Below, piece after piece: positions 19,516-27,761 of a stretch of 64,000 nucleotides of DNA; position 1 is the first letter of the stretch; each line of letters starts with the position of its first letter. This DNA is from an uncultured delta proteobacterium (lineage in GTDB: Bacteria; Desulfobacterota; DSM-4660; Desulfatiglandales; HGW-15): contig CAVPOU010000004.1 in the NCBI GenBank assembly GCA_963707125.1, forward strand, positions 84,241 through 148,240, in the 5' to 3' direction. Below the pieces are notes generated by a model, which worked only from the letters and a program-made list of their open reading frames with translations, did not search any database and was not told where the DNA came from. A program made the translations under genes and the position numbers.

Positions 19516-21849
19516 TTGCTGCAGAAGAAGCACAACAACGTTCTTGATCACATCGGCTGGACGCCTCTTGTGCCCATCCGCCAGTTGAATACCAACCGAA
19601 GCGTTCAGATCCTGGCCAAACTCGAGTCCTTCAACCCCGGAGGCTCCGTGAAAGACAGGCCGGCCTTTTACATGATCGAAGAGGCGGAAAGAACCGGAGA
19701 ACTGACCAAGGACAGGATCATCCTGGAGGCAACGAGCGGCAACACAGGGATCGGGTTGTCTCTTGTGGCCGCCGTCAAGGGCTATCGCATCCTGCTGGTG
19801 ATGTCCGAAGCCGTCAGTGAGGAAAGAAAAAAGATTTTGAAAGCCATGGGGGCGGATCTCCAGTTCACCCCCGCCCACATGGGCACGGATGGATCCATCG
19901 AGTTCGCCTACAACCTGGTCCGAGAAGAAGCGCAGAAGTTCTGGCTTGCAGACCAGTTCAACAACGATGCGAACTGGCTCTCCCACTACCACGGAACAGC
20001 TATGGAGATATGGGAGCAGACCGGCGGCGCCTTGGACATGGTCGTGGCCAGCATGGGCACCACGGGCACCCTCATGGGGCTTGCCCGGCGCTTCAAGGAG
20101 CTCAAGCCCGAGGTCCAGATCATCGGCGTAGAACCTTACATGGGGCACAAGATTCAGGGTCTCAAGAACATGAAAGAGTCCTATCCCCCGGGAATCTACG
20201 ACCGGAAAAGAGCGGACAGGATTATGCATGTCGACGATGGAGAGGCTTTTGAAACCACCAGACTCCTTGCCAAGAAAGAAGGCCTTTTCGTGGGCATGAG
20301 CGCAGGGGCGGCCATGGCCGTTGCTCTCAGGCTCGCTCGAGAAATGAAAGAGGGACGAATCGTCGTCATCCTTCCGGACGGAGGGGAACGCTATCTGAGC
20401 ACTTCTCTTTTCGTGGACAGAAAAACCTCGGGGCTTTGCCTGTACAACACGCTCACGCGGAGAAAGGACGCGTTCGTTCCGATCCAGGAAAACCGGGTCA
20501 GCCTCTACAGCTGCGGGCCCACCCTTTGCCAGCACCTCCACATCGGGCAAGCCCGCCAGCTGGTTTTCTCCGACCTGGTCCGCCGCACCCTCGAGCTCAA
20601 GGGCTACGAGGTCACTCACATTGTGAACGTGACGGACATTGACGACCGAACCATTGAAGGCGCGGAAAAAGAGGGGGTGGACCTCAAAGAGTTTACGGAA
20701 AGGTACTATCAGGAGTTTCTTAAGGACCTGGATTCGCTCCTTGTCAAGAAGGCCACCGCCTATCCCAAAGCGAGCGAGCACATCGAGGATATGATCCAGT
20801 TTTCCGGCAAACTCCTCGACAAAGGGTACGCCTACGAGAAATTCCGCTCCCTCTATTTTGACATCTCCCGGTTCAGAGACTACGGGAGACTCTCCAGAAT
20901 CGACCTGGACAAGATTCACCTGGGGAAAACCGTGGATCTCGAACGATATGAAAAGGGCAATCCCAGGGATTTCACCCTCCTCAAGCGTTCCACCCTGAGC
21001 GAACTCAAGAAGGGCATATTCTTCCAGACCAAGTGGGGAAACGTAAGACCGAGCTGGCACCTCGAGTGCCCGGTCATGGCTCTAAAATTTCTCGGCGACA
21101 CCCATGACATCCACACCGGAGGAGCGGATCTCGTGTTCCCTCACCACGAGAACGCCATCGCCCTCAGCAGGGCAATCACCGGTAAACCGCTTGCCAATTA
21201 CTGGCTGCATCATGAACTGGTCATGGTGGACGGCAAGAAACCGGCCGACGGCAAGGAGAGCGAACACACCACGATCAAGAATCTTCTTAAGAAGGGGTAC
21301 ACCGGGAGAGAAATCAGATACTGGCTCATCAGCCATCATTACAACAAGCCCATCTCCTTTTCTCTGGCTAAGCTGGACAACGCGAAGAAGACTCTTTCCA
21401 ACCTGGACAAGTTCATGAAGAAAGTCTTCTTTTGCCGCTCCGGTGAAACCAACCCTGAAATGGACCAGGTGGTCTACAACCTCAACCACAAGTTTTCCGA
21501 AGCCATGGATGACGATCTCAACACCTCGCAGGCTCTGGCTGCCCTGTTCGAGTTTACCCGTGAAGTGAACCGCATCGTCGATCAGAAGGGACTCTCTCAG
21601 GAAGACAAGCAGCGGGTGAAAGAAGCCCTGGGCGCCGTCAACTCGGTCCTGGAGATCATGGACCTGGACGCGCCCAAGGCGGACGAAGCGATTGAAGCCC
21701 TGATTCAGAAAAGGGAAGCGGCTCGAAAGCCAAGGGACTGGCAAACGGCTGACCGGATTCGCCAAGAGCTCAAGAGGATGGGAATTGAGCTGACGGATAC
21801 CAGGGATGGAACCATGTGGCGGAGAGAATGGGATTCGAACCCGAGGTAG
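19516..21849 (+). CDS. Fusion protein: CysK/CysM-like PLP cysteine synthase (aa ~1-300) + cysteinyl-tRNA-synthetase-like domain with degenerate class I motifs (aa ~305-777)
   Basis: N-terminal half: ..NPGGSVKDRPA..TSGNTGIGL..GTTGT..SAGAA.. C-terminal half is collinear with CysRS (LYNTLTRRKD..YSCGPT..WHLECPVM..FPHHEN..DDDLNTSQALAAL..GTMWRR). It reads HIGQ instead of HIGH and KKPADGKESEH where KMSKS is expected. TTG start is assumed at 19516. Confidence 0.8.
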   Translation: MLQKKHNNVLDHIGWTPLVPIRQLNTNRSVQILAKLESFNPGGSVKDRPAFYMIEEAERTGELTKDRIILEATSGNTGIGLSLVAAVKGYRILLVMSEAVSEERKKILKAMGADLQFTPAHMGTDGSIEFAYNLVREEAQKFWLADQFNNDANWLSHYHGTAMEIWEQTGGALDMVVASMGTTGTLMGLARRFKELKPEVQIIGVEPYMGHKIQGLKNMKESYPPGIYDRKRADRIMHVDDGEAFETTRLLAKKEGLFVGMSAGAAMAVALRLAREMKEGRIVVILPDGGERYLSTSLFVDRKTSGLCLYNTLTRRKDAFVPIQENRVSLYSCGPTLCQHLHIGQARQLVFSDLVRRTLELKGYEVTHIVNVTDIDDRTIEGAEKEGVDLKEFTERYYQEFLKDLDSLLVKKATAYPKASEHIEDMIQFSGKLLDKGYAYEKFRSLYFDISRFRDYGRLSRIDLDKIHLGKTVDLERYEKGNPRDFTLLKRSTLSELKKGIFFQTKWGNVRPSWHLECPVMALKFLGDTHDIHTGGADLVFPHHENAIALSRAITGKPLANYWLHHELVMVDGKKPADGKESEHTTIKNLLKKGYTGREIRYWLISHHYNKPISFSLAKLDNAKKTLSNLDKFMKKVFFCRSGETNPEMDQVVYNLNHKFSEAMDDDLNTSQALAALFEFTREVNRIVDQKGLSQEDKQRVKEALGAVNSVLEIMDLDAPKADEAIEALIQKREAARKPRDWQTADRIRQELKRMGIELTDTRDGTMWRREWDSNPR

Positions 21850-21864
21850 AGGGTTACCCCCTGC
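21817..21864 (-). pseudogene. tRNA-Ser-like 3' fragment (variable arm, T-loop, acceptor 3' strand, CCA); possible attachment-site remnant
   Basis: The - strand reads ..AGGGggtaaCCCTctacctcGGGTTCGAATCCCattctctccgCCA. No matching 5' acceptor strand, D arm or anticodon arm could be found upstream, and the T stem has 2 mismatches. It overlaps the last codons (WRREWDSNPR*) of the CysRS-like ORF. Confidence 0.45.
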
Positions 21865-21891
21865 ACTCGCTTAACATCCGGGTATCATGTC

Positions 21892-22134
21892 ATGCTTTCC
21901 AAAGTAGAGGTTATGGAGACTTCCAGGGGGTGTACGCGTACGTGGTCATTCTGCATCATGAAGCAGATGTATGGGCAGACTTTCCGGACGTATCCCATCG
22001 AACGGGTCTTGGCGGATACAGATGATATTTATTATAACCGCCGGACGGGAGGCGCATTGCGGCCAGGAGGCATTAATCGTTTCGCAATTGAACTGACCTG
22101 GTTCGTAAAATCTCCCCTCGCCCCTCTTTGTTAA
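21892..22134 (+). pseudogene. Fragment of a B12-binding-type radical SAM gene
   Basis: VMETSRGCTRTWSFCIMKQMYGQTFRTYPIERVLADTDDIY resembles the ..SRGCxxxCxFC...R.R....V..E core, but the middle Cys is Trp and both flanks are missing. Confidence 0.35.
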
Positions 22135-22204
22135 AGAGGGACGATCCCTCCCTTTGTAAAAGGGAGGGGAGGAGGGACTGAGCGAACGGCCGCCGGCCCG
22201 CGGA

Positions 22205-22597
22205 TCAGTGCGACCCCTTGGCCGGCTCCGCCGGCACCTGAATGGTTCGGAAGAGAAGCAGCAGCCCGAAGATCAGCGCGAAAATCTCCCCGCCCAAGGT
22301 CAGGATCACCGACATCAGGTTCATCATGTCCACTGCCGACACCCAGGTGGCGACCGCGGCTCCTGCCGTGGTCTGCAAGGTGGGTATGCCCGCCTGCGGG
22401 GCCGACAGGAAATAGAAGAGCAGGGTACCCACCTCGAAGAGCAGCACCAGCATTGAGAAGAGAATGGCGATGCTTGCCGCCATCACCCCGGTGAAACCGG
22501 TTCCGGCTGCAGAAAACTCGGAGCGGCCGTTGAGAGCCTGGAACTGGCTCTCGAAGGACTGATTGCGGGCGCTGAATGGTGGAGGTTCTGGCTCCAC
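22205..22597 (-). CDS. Hypothetical small membrane protein
   Basis: 130-aa ORF with 3 hydrophobic segments; no recognisable family. It lies in a high-GC region where spurious ORFs are common. Confidence 0.35.
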   Translation of the reverse strand: MEPEPPPFSARNQSFESQFQALNGRSEFSAAGTGFTGVMAASIAILFSMLVLLFEVGTLLFYFLSAPQAGIPTLQTTAGAAVATWVSAVDMMNLMSVILTLGGEIFALIFGLLLLFRTIQVPAEPAKGSH

Positions 22598-23218
22598 AGG
22601 CTAGCAGGAGGTCAGACCACGAACCACCCAGCCGCAGGTGATCGGGACTCCCCTAGAACTGAGCGACGATCCGCGGAGGTGGAGGATGTCGTCGACGATC
22701 ACTTGCAGGTGCTGCCGGGTGCTCGGCATCGCCGTTGACCGGGCATCCGCATTCAGGGGCTGAAAGTGATCCCGCGCACGGAGTGGCATGCGGTATCTTT
22801 CGGGCTGTGCTGAACGGTATGGTTGTCTCGCAATGGCGCTCGAGCAAGTGACCGCACTTGCTCAAGGCACCACTGAGACACTCGCTAGAAGCCCCGGCGC
22901 ACCATGACGAGGACCTCGGTCGAGCTGTGGTTGAAGCCGGCGGCGTTGCTCTGGTCGCGCACGAGATGCACCGCCTCGCGCGCGCTCACCCCCTTGCCGT
23001 GCTCGAAGGTCTGCAGCGCCGCGGCAGGCGGCCGGTATCTTCTTTGCTCATGACTTCCCCTCCGGACGTCCCCGCCCTAGCTTGCCAGTCCCGCACCGGC
23101 TGCGCGAAACGCCGGCGCAGATCGTTCGCGATCGGCTCGACCTTCGTGCGGCCGTTCTGGTCGGCGATGCGTGCCTGTCGCCGTGACTACTCCACCGGGA
23201 AACTTCGAGCTTTCCGGA

Positions 23219-23450
23219 CTAGAAGAACAACGTCACGCGGCCGTTGATGATGTAGTCGTAGGTCGCTCCCGAAGGATTGCCGATCTTGGTCGCGCCGCCG
23301 AATGCGAATTCGAGGTTCCGGCTCCAGCGATGGACGAGCAGGAGGTCGAGGACTGGAGGATTGCGCTGGCCGTGCCGGCAACGGACGATACGGTCCGTAG
23401 CGAACGTTAAGCTGAGGAAGGACGACCTTATCCGTGGAAGATAGGTTTGC
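23219..23450 (-). pseudogene. C-terminal remnant of an outer-membrane beta-barrel (porin-like) gene
   Basis: The - strand frame reads ..SLTFATDRIVR..NLEFAFGGATKIGNPSGATYDYIINGRVTLFF*. It has alternating beta-strand character and a terminal Phe. No start codon or N-terminal part is present. Confidence 0.3.
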
Positions 23451-23884
23451 TCCTCTCATCTGTTTGCCCGGCTTTGGTTCTGGTGGCTATGGCGCTAGGA
23501 GGCTAGCCCCACTCCTGTTGCCGCGACTCAGTGGCGTGTCCTGATTGGCACGGATATCGTCGCCGGCCGATCGGCGGTTACTAATGGTCCCACAATTGTC
23601 TTTGCATCGCGAAGCCCCCTCTCACCCTGCCCCTGGTCGCCTTTTACCAGCCTCTGGCTGGCTGGCGCTGCCGAAGGCAGGGATAGGGTGAGGGGGAGCG
23701 CATAGTCAATACTATTTCGAGACGATTAACATCGGAGCATGCAAGTTGGGATTTCCCTATTCGTTGTGTTGTGCTATATTCGTGCGGTAATTCCGGTCTT
23801 CGGACCGGTCCGAAGGCCGGCGTTTCATGTCCGTTCATCCACCCGGCCGGCAATCCGAACTGTCAGAGGCACCCCAGCGATTCT

Positions 23885-24883
23885 ATGAGGCAACGCGTTC
23901 AGATAGGAAGCGCCACCTGGTCATTCCTGAGTTCCCGGGTGCTGCCGTTGCGCCCGGTTCAGCTGGTGATCCAGACCGGCTTGAAATGGGACCGTGACAA
24001 CTGCCCCGGCATGGCCGCGGCCCTTTCCTATTACGCCCTGTTCTCACTTTTCCCGCTGCTTCTGGTCATTCTGAGCATTGTCGGGGCCCTGATCGGCCCT
24101 GAGACGGAGGTATTTGAATACATTCAAAAGCTGATCGTACGGGATCTGCCCCCGGCCGTTCAAGACATGGTGGTGGGGACCATTGTCGCACTTAACGAAA
24201 ACAGCGTGGGTGCCAGCATTGTGGGGTTTAGCCTGCTTTTTTTTACGGCCAGCACCCTGTTTGTGGTTCTGCGCCAGTCGGTGAACATAATCTGGGAATC
24301 CCCCGCCCGCATCTCCGAGGCGGGCTCGATCCCCCGAATGGTGCTCTTCTTCATCCTCAACAAGCTGGTGGCCTACCTGCTGGTGCTGGCGACCGCCTTG
24401 ATCCTGTTGGTGTCTTTCGTGGCGAGCGTTTCCATCGGGGCTGTCATCGAGGTGGTCAACCACTTCCAGAAAAATGTCGCCTTCATCCAGCAGGTGGACG
24501 AACTGCTGCTAACCCGCTGGCTTCAGGTCAGCACTTCGGTCGTCATCCTGAGTGTAACCTTGTGCATTCTCTTCAAACTTCTGCCCACGGTCCGTCCCCG
24601 GTGGCGGGACGTATGGCTGGGGGCCATCCTCACGGCTTTCATGCTCGTCGGGCTGCAGAAGTTGGCCACGGGCGGCGTCGTTTCCGTTTTCGGCAAATTT
24701 CTGTCCTATGGGGCGATCGGCAGCGTTATGATTCTGTTGCTGTGGATCTTCATGGCCTGCCAGATCGTGTTTGTGGGGTGTGAGTTTTCGTATGTTTACG
24801 CGCAGCTTTACGGCAGCCGCCGCGGTAAGGCTCCACCCGCAGAGCGGGTGGCCTCAGGTTGCCCCCTCGAAGGGGGCTCTTGA
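23885..24883 (+). CDS. YihY/BrkB (ribonuclease BN-like) family membrane protein
   Basis: ..WDRDNCPGMAAALSYYALFSLFPLLLVILSIVG.. followed by 5-6 TM segments. The start is set at ATG 23885 within the ORF that opens at 23771. Confidence 0.8.
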   Translation: MRQRVQIGSATWSFLSSRVLPLRPVQLVIQTGLKWDRDNCPGMAAALSYYALFSLFPLLLVILSIVGALIGPETEVFEYIQKLIVRDLPPAVQDMVVGTIVALNENSVGASIVGFSLLFFTASTLFVVLRQSVNIIWESPARISEAGSIPRMVLFFILNKLVAYLLVLATALILLVSFVASVSIGAVIEVVNHFQKNVAFIQQVDELLLTRWLQVSTSVVILSVTLCILFKLLPTVRPRWRDVWLGAILTAFMLVGLQKLATGGVVSVFGKFLSYGAIGSVMILLLWIFMACQIVFVGCEFSYVYAQLYGSRRGKAPPAERVASGCPLEGGS

Positions 24884-25171
24884 TCAGCAGTTTGCCCAAA
24901 TTGCCAAAACACGTCCTCCCCCTTGATGGGGGAGGTCACCCGCCAGGCGGGTAAAGGTGGGGGTGAAAAAAGTGGCTGTGAAATCCCGTCACCATAACCC
25001 CCTCCCCCCGTATCAAGTACGGGGCAGGCTCTAGCCCCTCCCACCAGCCTTCGACGTGCTCACGGTCCCGAGGAAGATCGAGGGAGGGAGGGGAAACGCC
25101 GGATCGGTAGAACCTATCCGGGTCCTCCACCAGAGGTGAGGGTTCAGTCACAACCAAGCGGGCCGGGTGGA

Positions 25172-26138
25172 TTACCGCCGGGCCGTAATGCGCTGCCCGT
25201 CCGGGGTGTGCAGCACCAGGCGCCCCTGCGGACCGATCTCGAAGCGATGGGTTTTCTGGAGCAGCTCCAGGAAGCGCATCTCCTGGCGGCTCAACGGCTC
25301 CTCGCAGGCCATCTTCGTGCCGGCCATCTGCCCGAACGAAAGCCCCTCTCCGGTCAGGCGGAAGCTGCCCGTGAATCGGTTGCACGAGGCGTTGCCGGCC
25401 ACGCGGCCCTCCTCCAAAAAGAGGATCGTCGCCTTGGATTTTTCCGCCACCGGCACACCGTCGATGGTCTCCACGATCCACTCCAGCCCGGTGAGAAGAT
25501 TCCGGGGGTCGCCGCCGCAGCCTGCGTGCGCCTTGCCGTCGAGCTCGTAGCGCACCCGATAGGGGTGGGGCATCCCGGTGGCGACATCGGCGCAGATCTC
25601 CGGCCGGAGGGTGACCGCCAGGCGGCGGCCCTCGGCCGCGGTCCGGTAGAGGAAGCCCTCGGCGGTCGTTAGAGGTTCGGTTTTCGGCATGCGGAGCTGC
25701 AGGGCTCCGAAGTCGGCGTTGAGGAAGATCGCGTCGGCATCGATCGTGATCATCCAGCCGGGCTCCTGGCCGCGGGCGGTGAAGGGCAGGTCGGGCTCCC
25801 GCAGGGCGCGACACTCGGGAAGCTCCCGGCCGCGCACGGTCACCAGGGCCAGATCGCCCTTGCTCCAGAAACCGGTGGCGGTGTCCGTCGACGGCCGTAT
25901 AGCGGGCGCCGGAGGCCGATACGGCGGTTTTCAGGTCAAAGGATTCACCGGCAACGTTCATCCGCGCACGCCCCTCCGGTGCATTGAAGATGACCGGCGT
26001 GGTCCCGCACAGGTAGAGGATTTTGTCCGGGATCACCGGCTGTGCGCTCTTGTCCTGTCCGGTCCGGTCCGGGTGAATGCAGCCCGAGGCAAGCGCCGCA
26101 AAAGCCGCAAAAGCCGCCGCTACAAGCTTTTTGTTCAT
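25172..26138 (-). pseudogene. Lipoprotein with MliC-like and META (HslJ-like) domains, one frameshift near 25883-25890
   Basis: AGGAGG lies before ATG 26138. The lipobox is LASGC. ..LYLCGTTPVIF..SASGARYTAVD continues in another frame as TDTATGFWSKGDLALV.. (ORF 25172..25843), which contains NRFTGSFRLTGEGLSFGQMAGTKMAC. Confidence 0.7.
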
Positions 26139-26184
26139 ATAGTTCCTCCTTTCCCGGAGCCGGCACCGCCGCTGCGTGATTTGC

Positions 26185-26667
26185 CTATCCCTGGAGTACC
26201 TCCCGCAGCCGCTGCTCATCGTCGAGGGCAAGCGACGTCTTCAGGACTTTGCCTTTGAAACCTTGCAGGCGTTCCAGCACCTTGTCCTCCGTGGCCTGGC
26301 GAAAGAGCACGAACAGGACCGAAGCGCCGGGAGTGAAGTCCTTGCTGAACTCCTTCATGAACTTGTCGTCGATGCCGATGTCCGTCAGCTTGCCGCTCAG
26401 CGCACCGGCGGCGGCGCCCACGGCGGCGCCCAGCAGGGGATTGAGAAAGAGAACGCCGATGAGCATGCCCCAGAAGCTGCCGCTCACGGTTCCCGTCAAG
26501 GTCAGGTCGACCGCCTGATGCAGCTTCACCTTGCCCTTTTCATCCTTGGTGACCACGACAACGTCCTTCATGTCGATCAGATACTCTTTCTGCATCTTGG
26601 CCAATTCCGCCCGCACAGCAAAAGCGGTGTGCTCGTCGTGAAACTCGATCGCTACTAAGTCAGACAT
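26185..26667 (-). CDS. DUF1269-family membrane protein
   Basis: 160 aa. MSDLVAIEFHDEHTAFAVRAEL..KDVVVVTKDEKGKVKLHQ..Gly-zipper TM..GIDDKFMKEF is the typical pattern. Confidence 0.85.
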   Translation of the reverse strand: MSDLVAIEFHDEHTAFAVRAELAKMQKEYLIDMKDVVVVTKDEKGKVKLHQAVDLTLTGTVSGSFWGMLIGVLFLNPLLGAAVGAAAGALSGKLTDIGIDDKFMKEFSKDFTPGASVLFVLFRQATEDKVLERLQGFKGKVLKTSLALDDEQRLREVLQG

Positions 26668-26745
26668 AAAGACCTCCTTCGATGGGTTTAAATGGTTGGT
26701 GTCACGGTGCTGGTTCCAAAAACCCCATGAACACTAGGGACAGTG

Positions 26746-26832
26746 AAGCTCGTAGCGCACCCGACGGGGGTGGGGCCTTCCGGCGGCGACATCGGCGCAG
26801 ATTTCCGGCCGCATGCCGACCGCCAGGCGGCG
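26746..26832. repeat. ~87-bp diverged duplicate of an internal segment (25541-25630) of the MliC/META gene
   Basis: gaagctcgtagcgcacccgacgggggtgggg..ggcgacatcggcgcagat.tccggcc..gaccgccaggcggcg aligns with 25541-25630 with scattered substitutions. On the - strand it would encode ..RPEICADVAAGRPHPRRVRYEL. Confidence 0.6.
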
Positions 26833-26948
26833 TTCAGTCCCTCCTTTCCCCCGTCTTGCGCGAGACGGCGAAATTTCCTGTACCGGATTGCCGGTTTCTT
26901 ACTATCCCTGCCGGCCTCGGAGCAGCCGCTGACCCGACTCGCCGTGGG

Positions 26949-27512
26949 CTACAGATCGAGCCGTGTGATGCGCGCGCCGTCCAGCGAGATGCCCGCCATG
27001 AGCCCGCGGTTGGAAAGCACGTAACCGATGACGGGCTGCTGCGCCGTAGCCGTGGTCACCTGCGCGCTCGCGCCCACCGAGATCAAGGTCACCGATGCAT
27101 CGGCGCCCACCGTCCAGCCCGAGCTGTTCTGGAACTGCCTCAGCGCGTCGTCCGTCATGAACAGCAAAAAGACCGCCGTCGACTGGGCGCCGGCCTGCAG
27201 GCCGAACGATCCGCTCGTCGTGGCGTGGTAGCTCTTTGTCTTGCCGCCGATGCGCAGCGCTCCCTGGCCGCGCGAGGCGCCGACGATGAACCCGGCCTCC
27301 ATCACGGACGGGAACACCAGCACGCCCCGGGCGCGGCCCACCAACTGCTCCGATCCCTCGACCTGCCCATAGAGCCTGGCGAGCGCATTGTCGACTTCGG
27401 CATCGATGCTGCGGCGCCTCGTGTCAGGGTCGCCAGAACTCGGGCCGGTGGTGGTGCAGCCGAAGGCGAGCACCAGGAAAACGGCCAGAACAGATAGAAT
27501 TCGTTTGTTCAT
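26949..27512 (-). CDS. SYLF (Ysc84-like, DUF500) domain lipoprotein
   Basis: Lipobox LAFGC. ..ARGVLVFPSVMEAGFIVGASRGQGAL..GSFGLQAGAQS..GWTVGADASV..GLMAGISLDGARI matches the family pattern. Confidence 0.85.
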   Translation of the reverse strand: MNKRILSVLAVFLVLAFGCTTTGPSSGDPDTRRRSIDAEVDNALARLYGQVEGSEQLVGRARGVLVFPSVMEAGFIVGASRGQGALRIGGKTKSYHATTSGSFGLQAGAQSTAVFLLFMTDDALRQFQNSSGWTVGADASVTLISVGASAQVTTATAQQPVIGYVLSNRGLMAGISLDGARITRLDL

Positions 27513-27565
27513 TCAATGTCCTCCTTGTTTTAAATTTGTTTGGAACTGGATCAATTGATGTAACA

Positions 27566-27709
27566 AGATTTGTGCCAAGAGGGTCGACAGGCCAATTATT
27601 GACACAATCAATTGATATGATTTGATATTTATAGACGAACCAGATTTCGCGATCCGGAAGGCCATGGGCCGGTTTTCGTGGGATGCAGAGGAAGCGTTAA
27701 ATATCACGG
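27566..27709. repeat. ~145-bp non-coding repeat, copy 1 (second copy at 56156-56299)
   Basis: atttgtgccaagag.gtcgacaggcc.attattgacacaat.aattgatatgatttgatatt....gat.ccggaagg..atgg.ccggttttcgtgg.atg.agaggaagcgttaaatatcacgg is shared by both copies, roughly 85-90% identical by eye. Confidence 0.75.
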
Positions 27710-27761
27710 AAATTCTCACCGGCCTCGGCCACAAAGTCGAGGATCGCCTGCCGCCGCCGGT

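Noticed and set aside
21817-21925. A complete tRNA, or a tRNA-Sec (selC) given the nearby UGA-containing gene, on the minus strand.
   Set aside because: Only the 3' ~48 nt look tRNA-like. No 5' acceptor strand complementary to TTCTCTCC is present within 110 nt. No D arm or anticodon arm could be folded, and the T stem has two mismatches. There is no UCA anticodon loop.
22870-23160. Possible small regulatory or ANTAR-like protein fragments on the minus strand (..AALQTFEHGKGVSAREAVHLVRDQSNAAGFNHS.., ..ARIADQNGRTKVEPIANDLRRRFAQPVRDW..).
   Set aside because: The stretches are short and frame-broken, with no start codon and no motif I can assign. They are treated as debris within the boundary region rather than as features.
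24936-26231. Long ORFs in the high-GC block that overlap better-supported genes. Examples: 24936..26231 (431 aa), 27697..28833, 28671..29861, 31208..33082, 32871..34850, 38302..39885, 39216..41882 and 46699..47604. The same applies in the low-GC half to 15972..17258 and 19480..21060.
   Set aside because: Their translations are Arg/Pro/Gly/Ala/His-rich low-complexity strings with no recognisable motifs. They lie antisense or out of frame to genes with clear family signatures. They are typical shadow ORFs of GC-rich DNA. Parts of 24936..26231, 31208..33082 and 39216..41882 are real only where they coincide with the N-terminal pieces of frameshifted genes.
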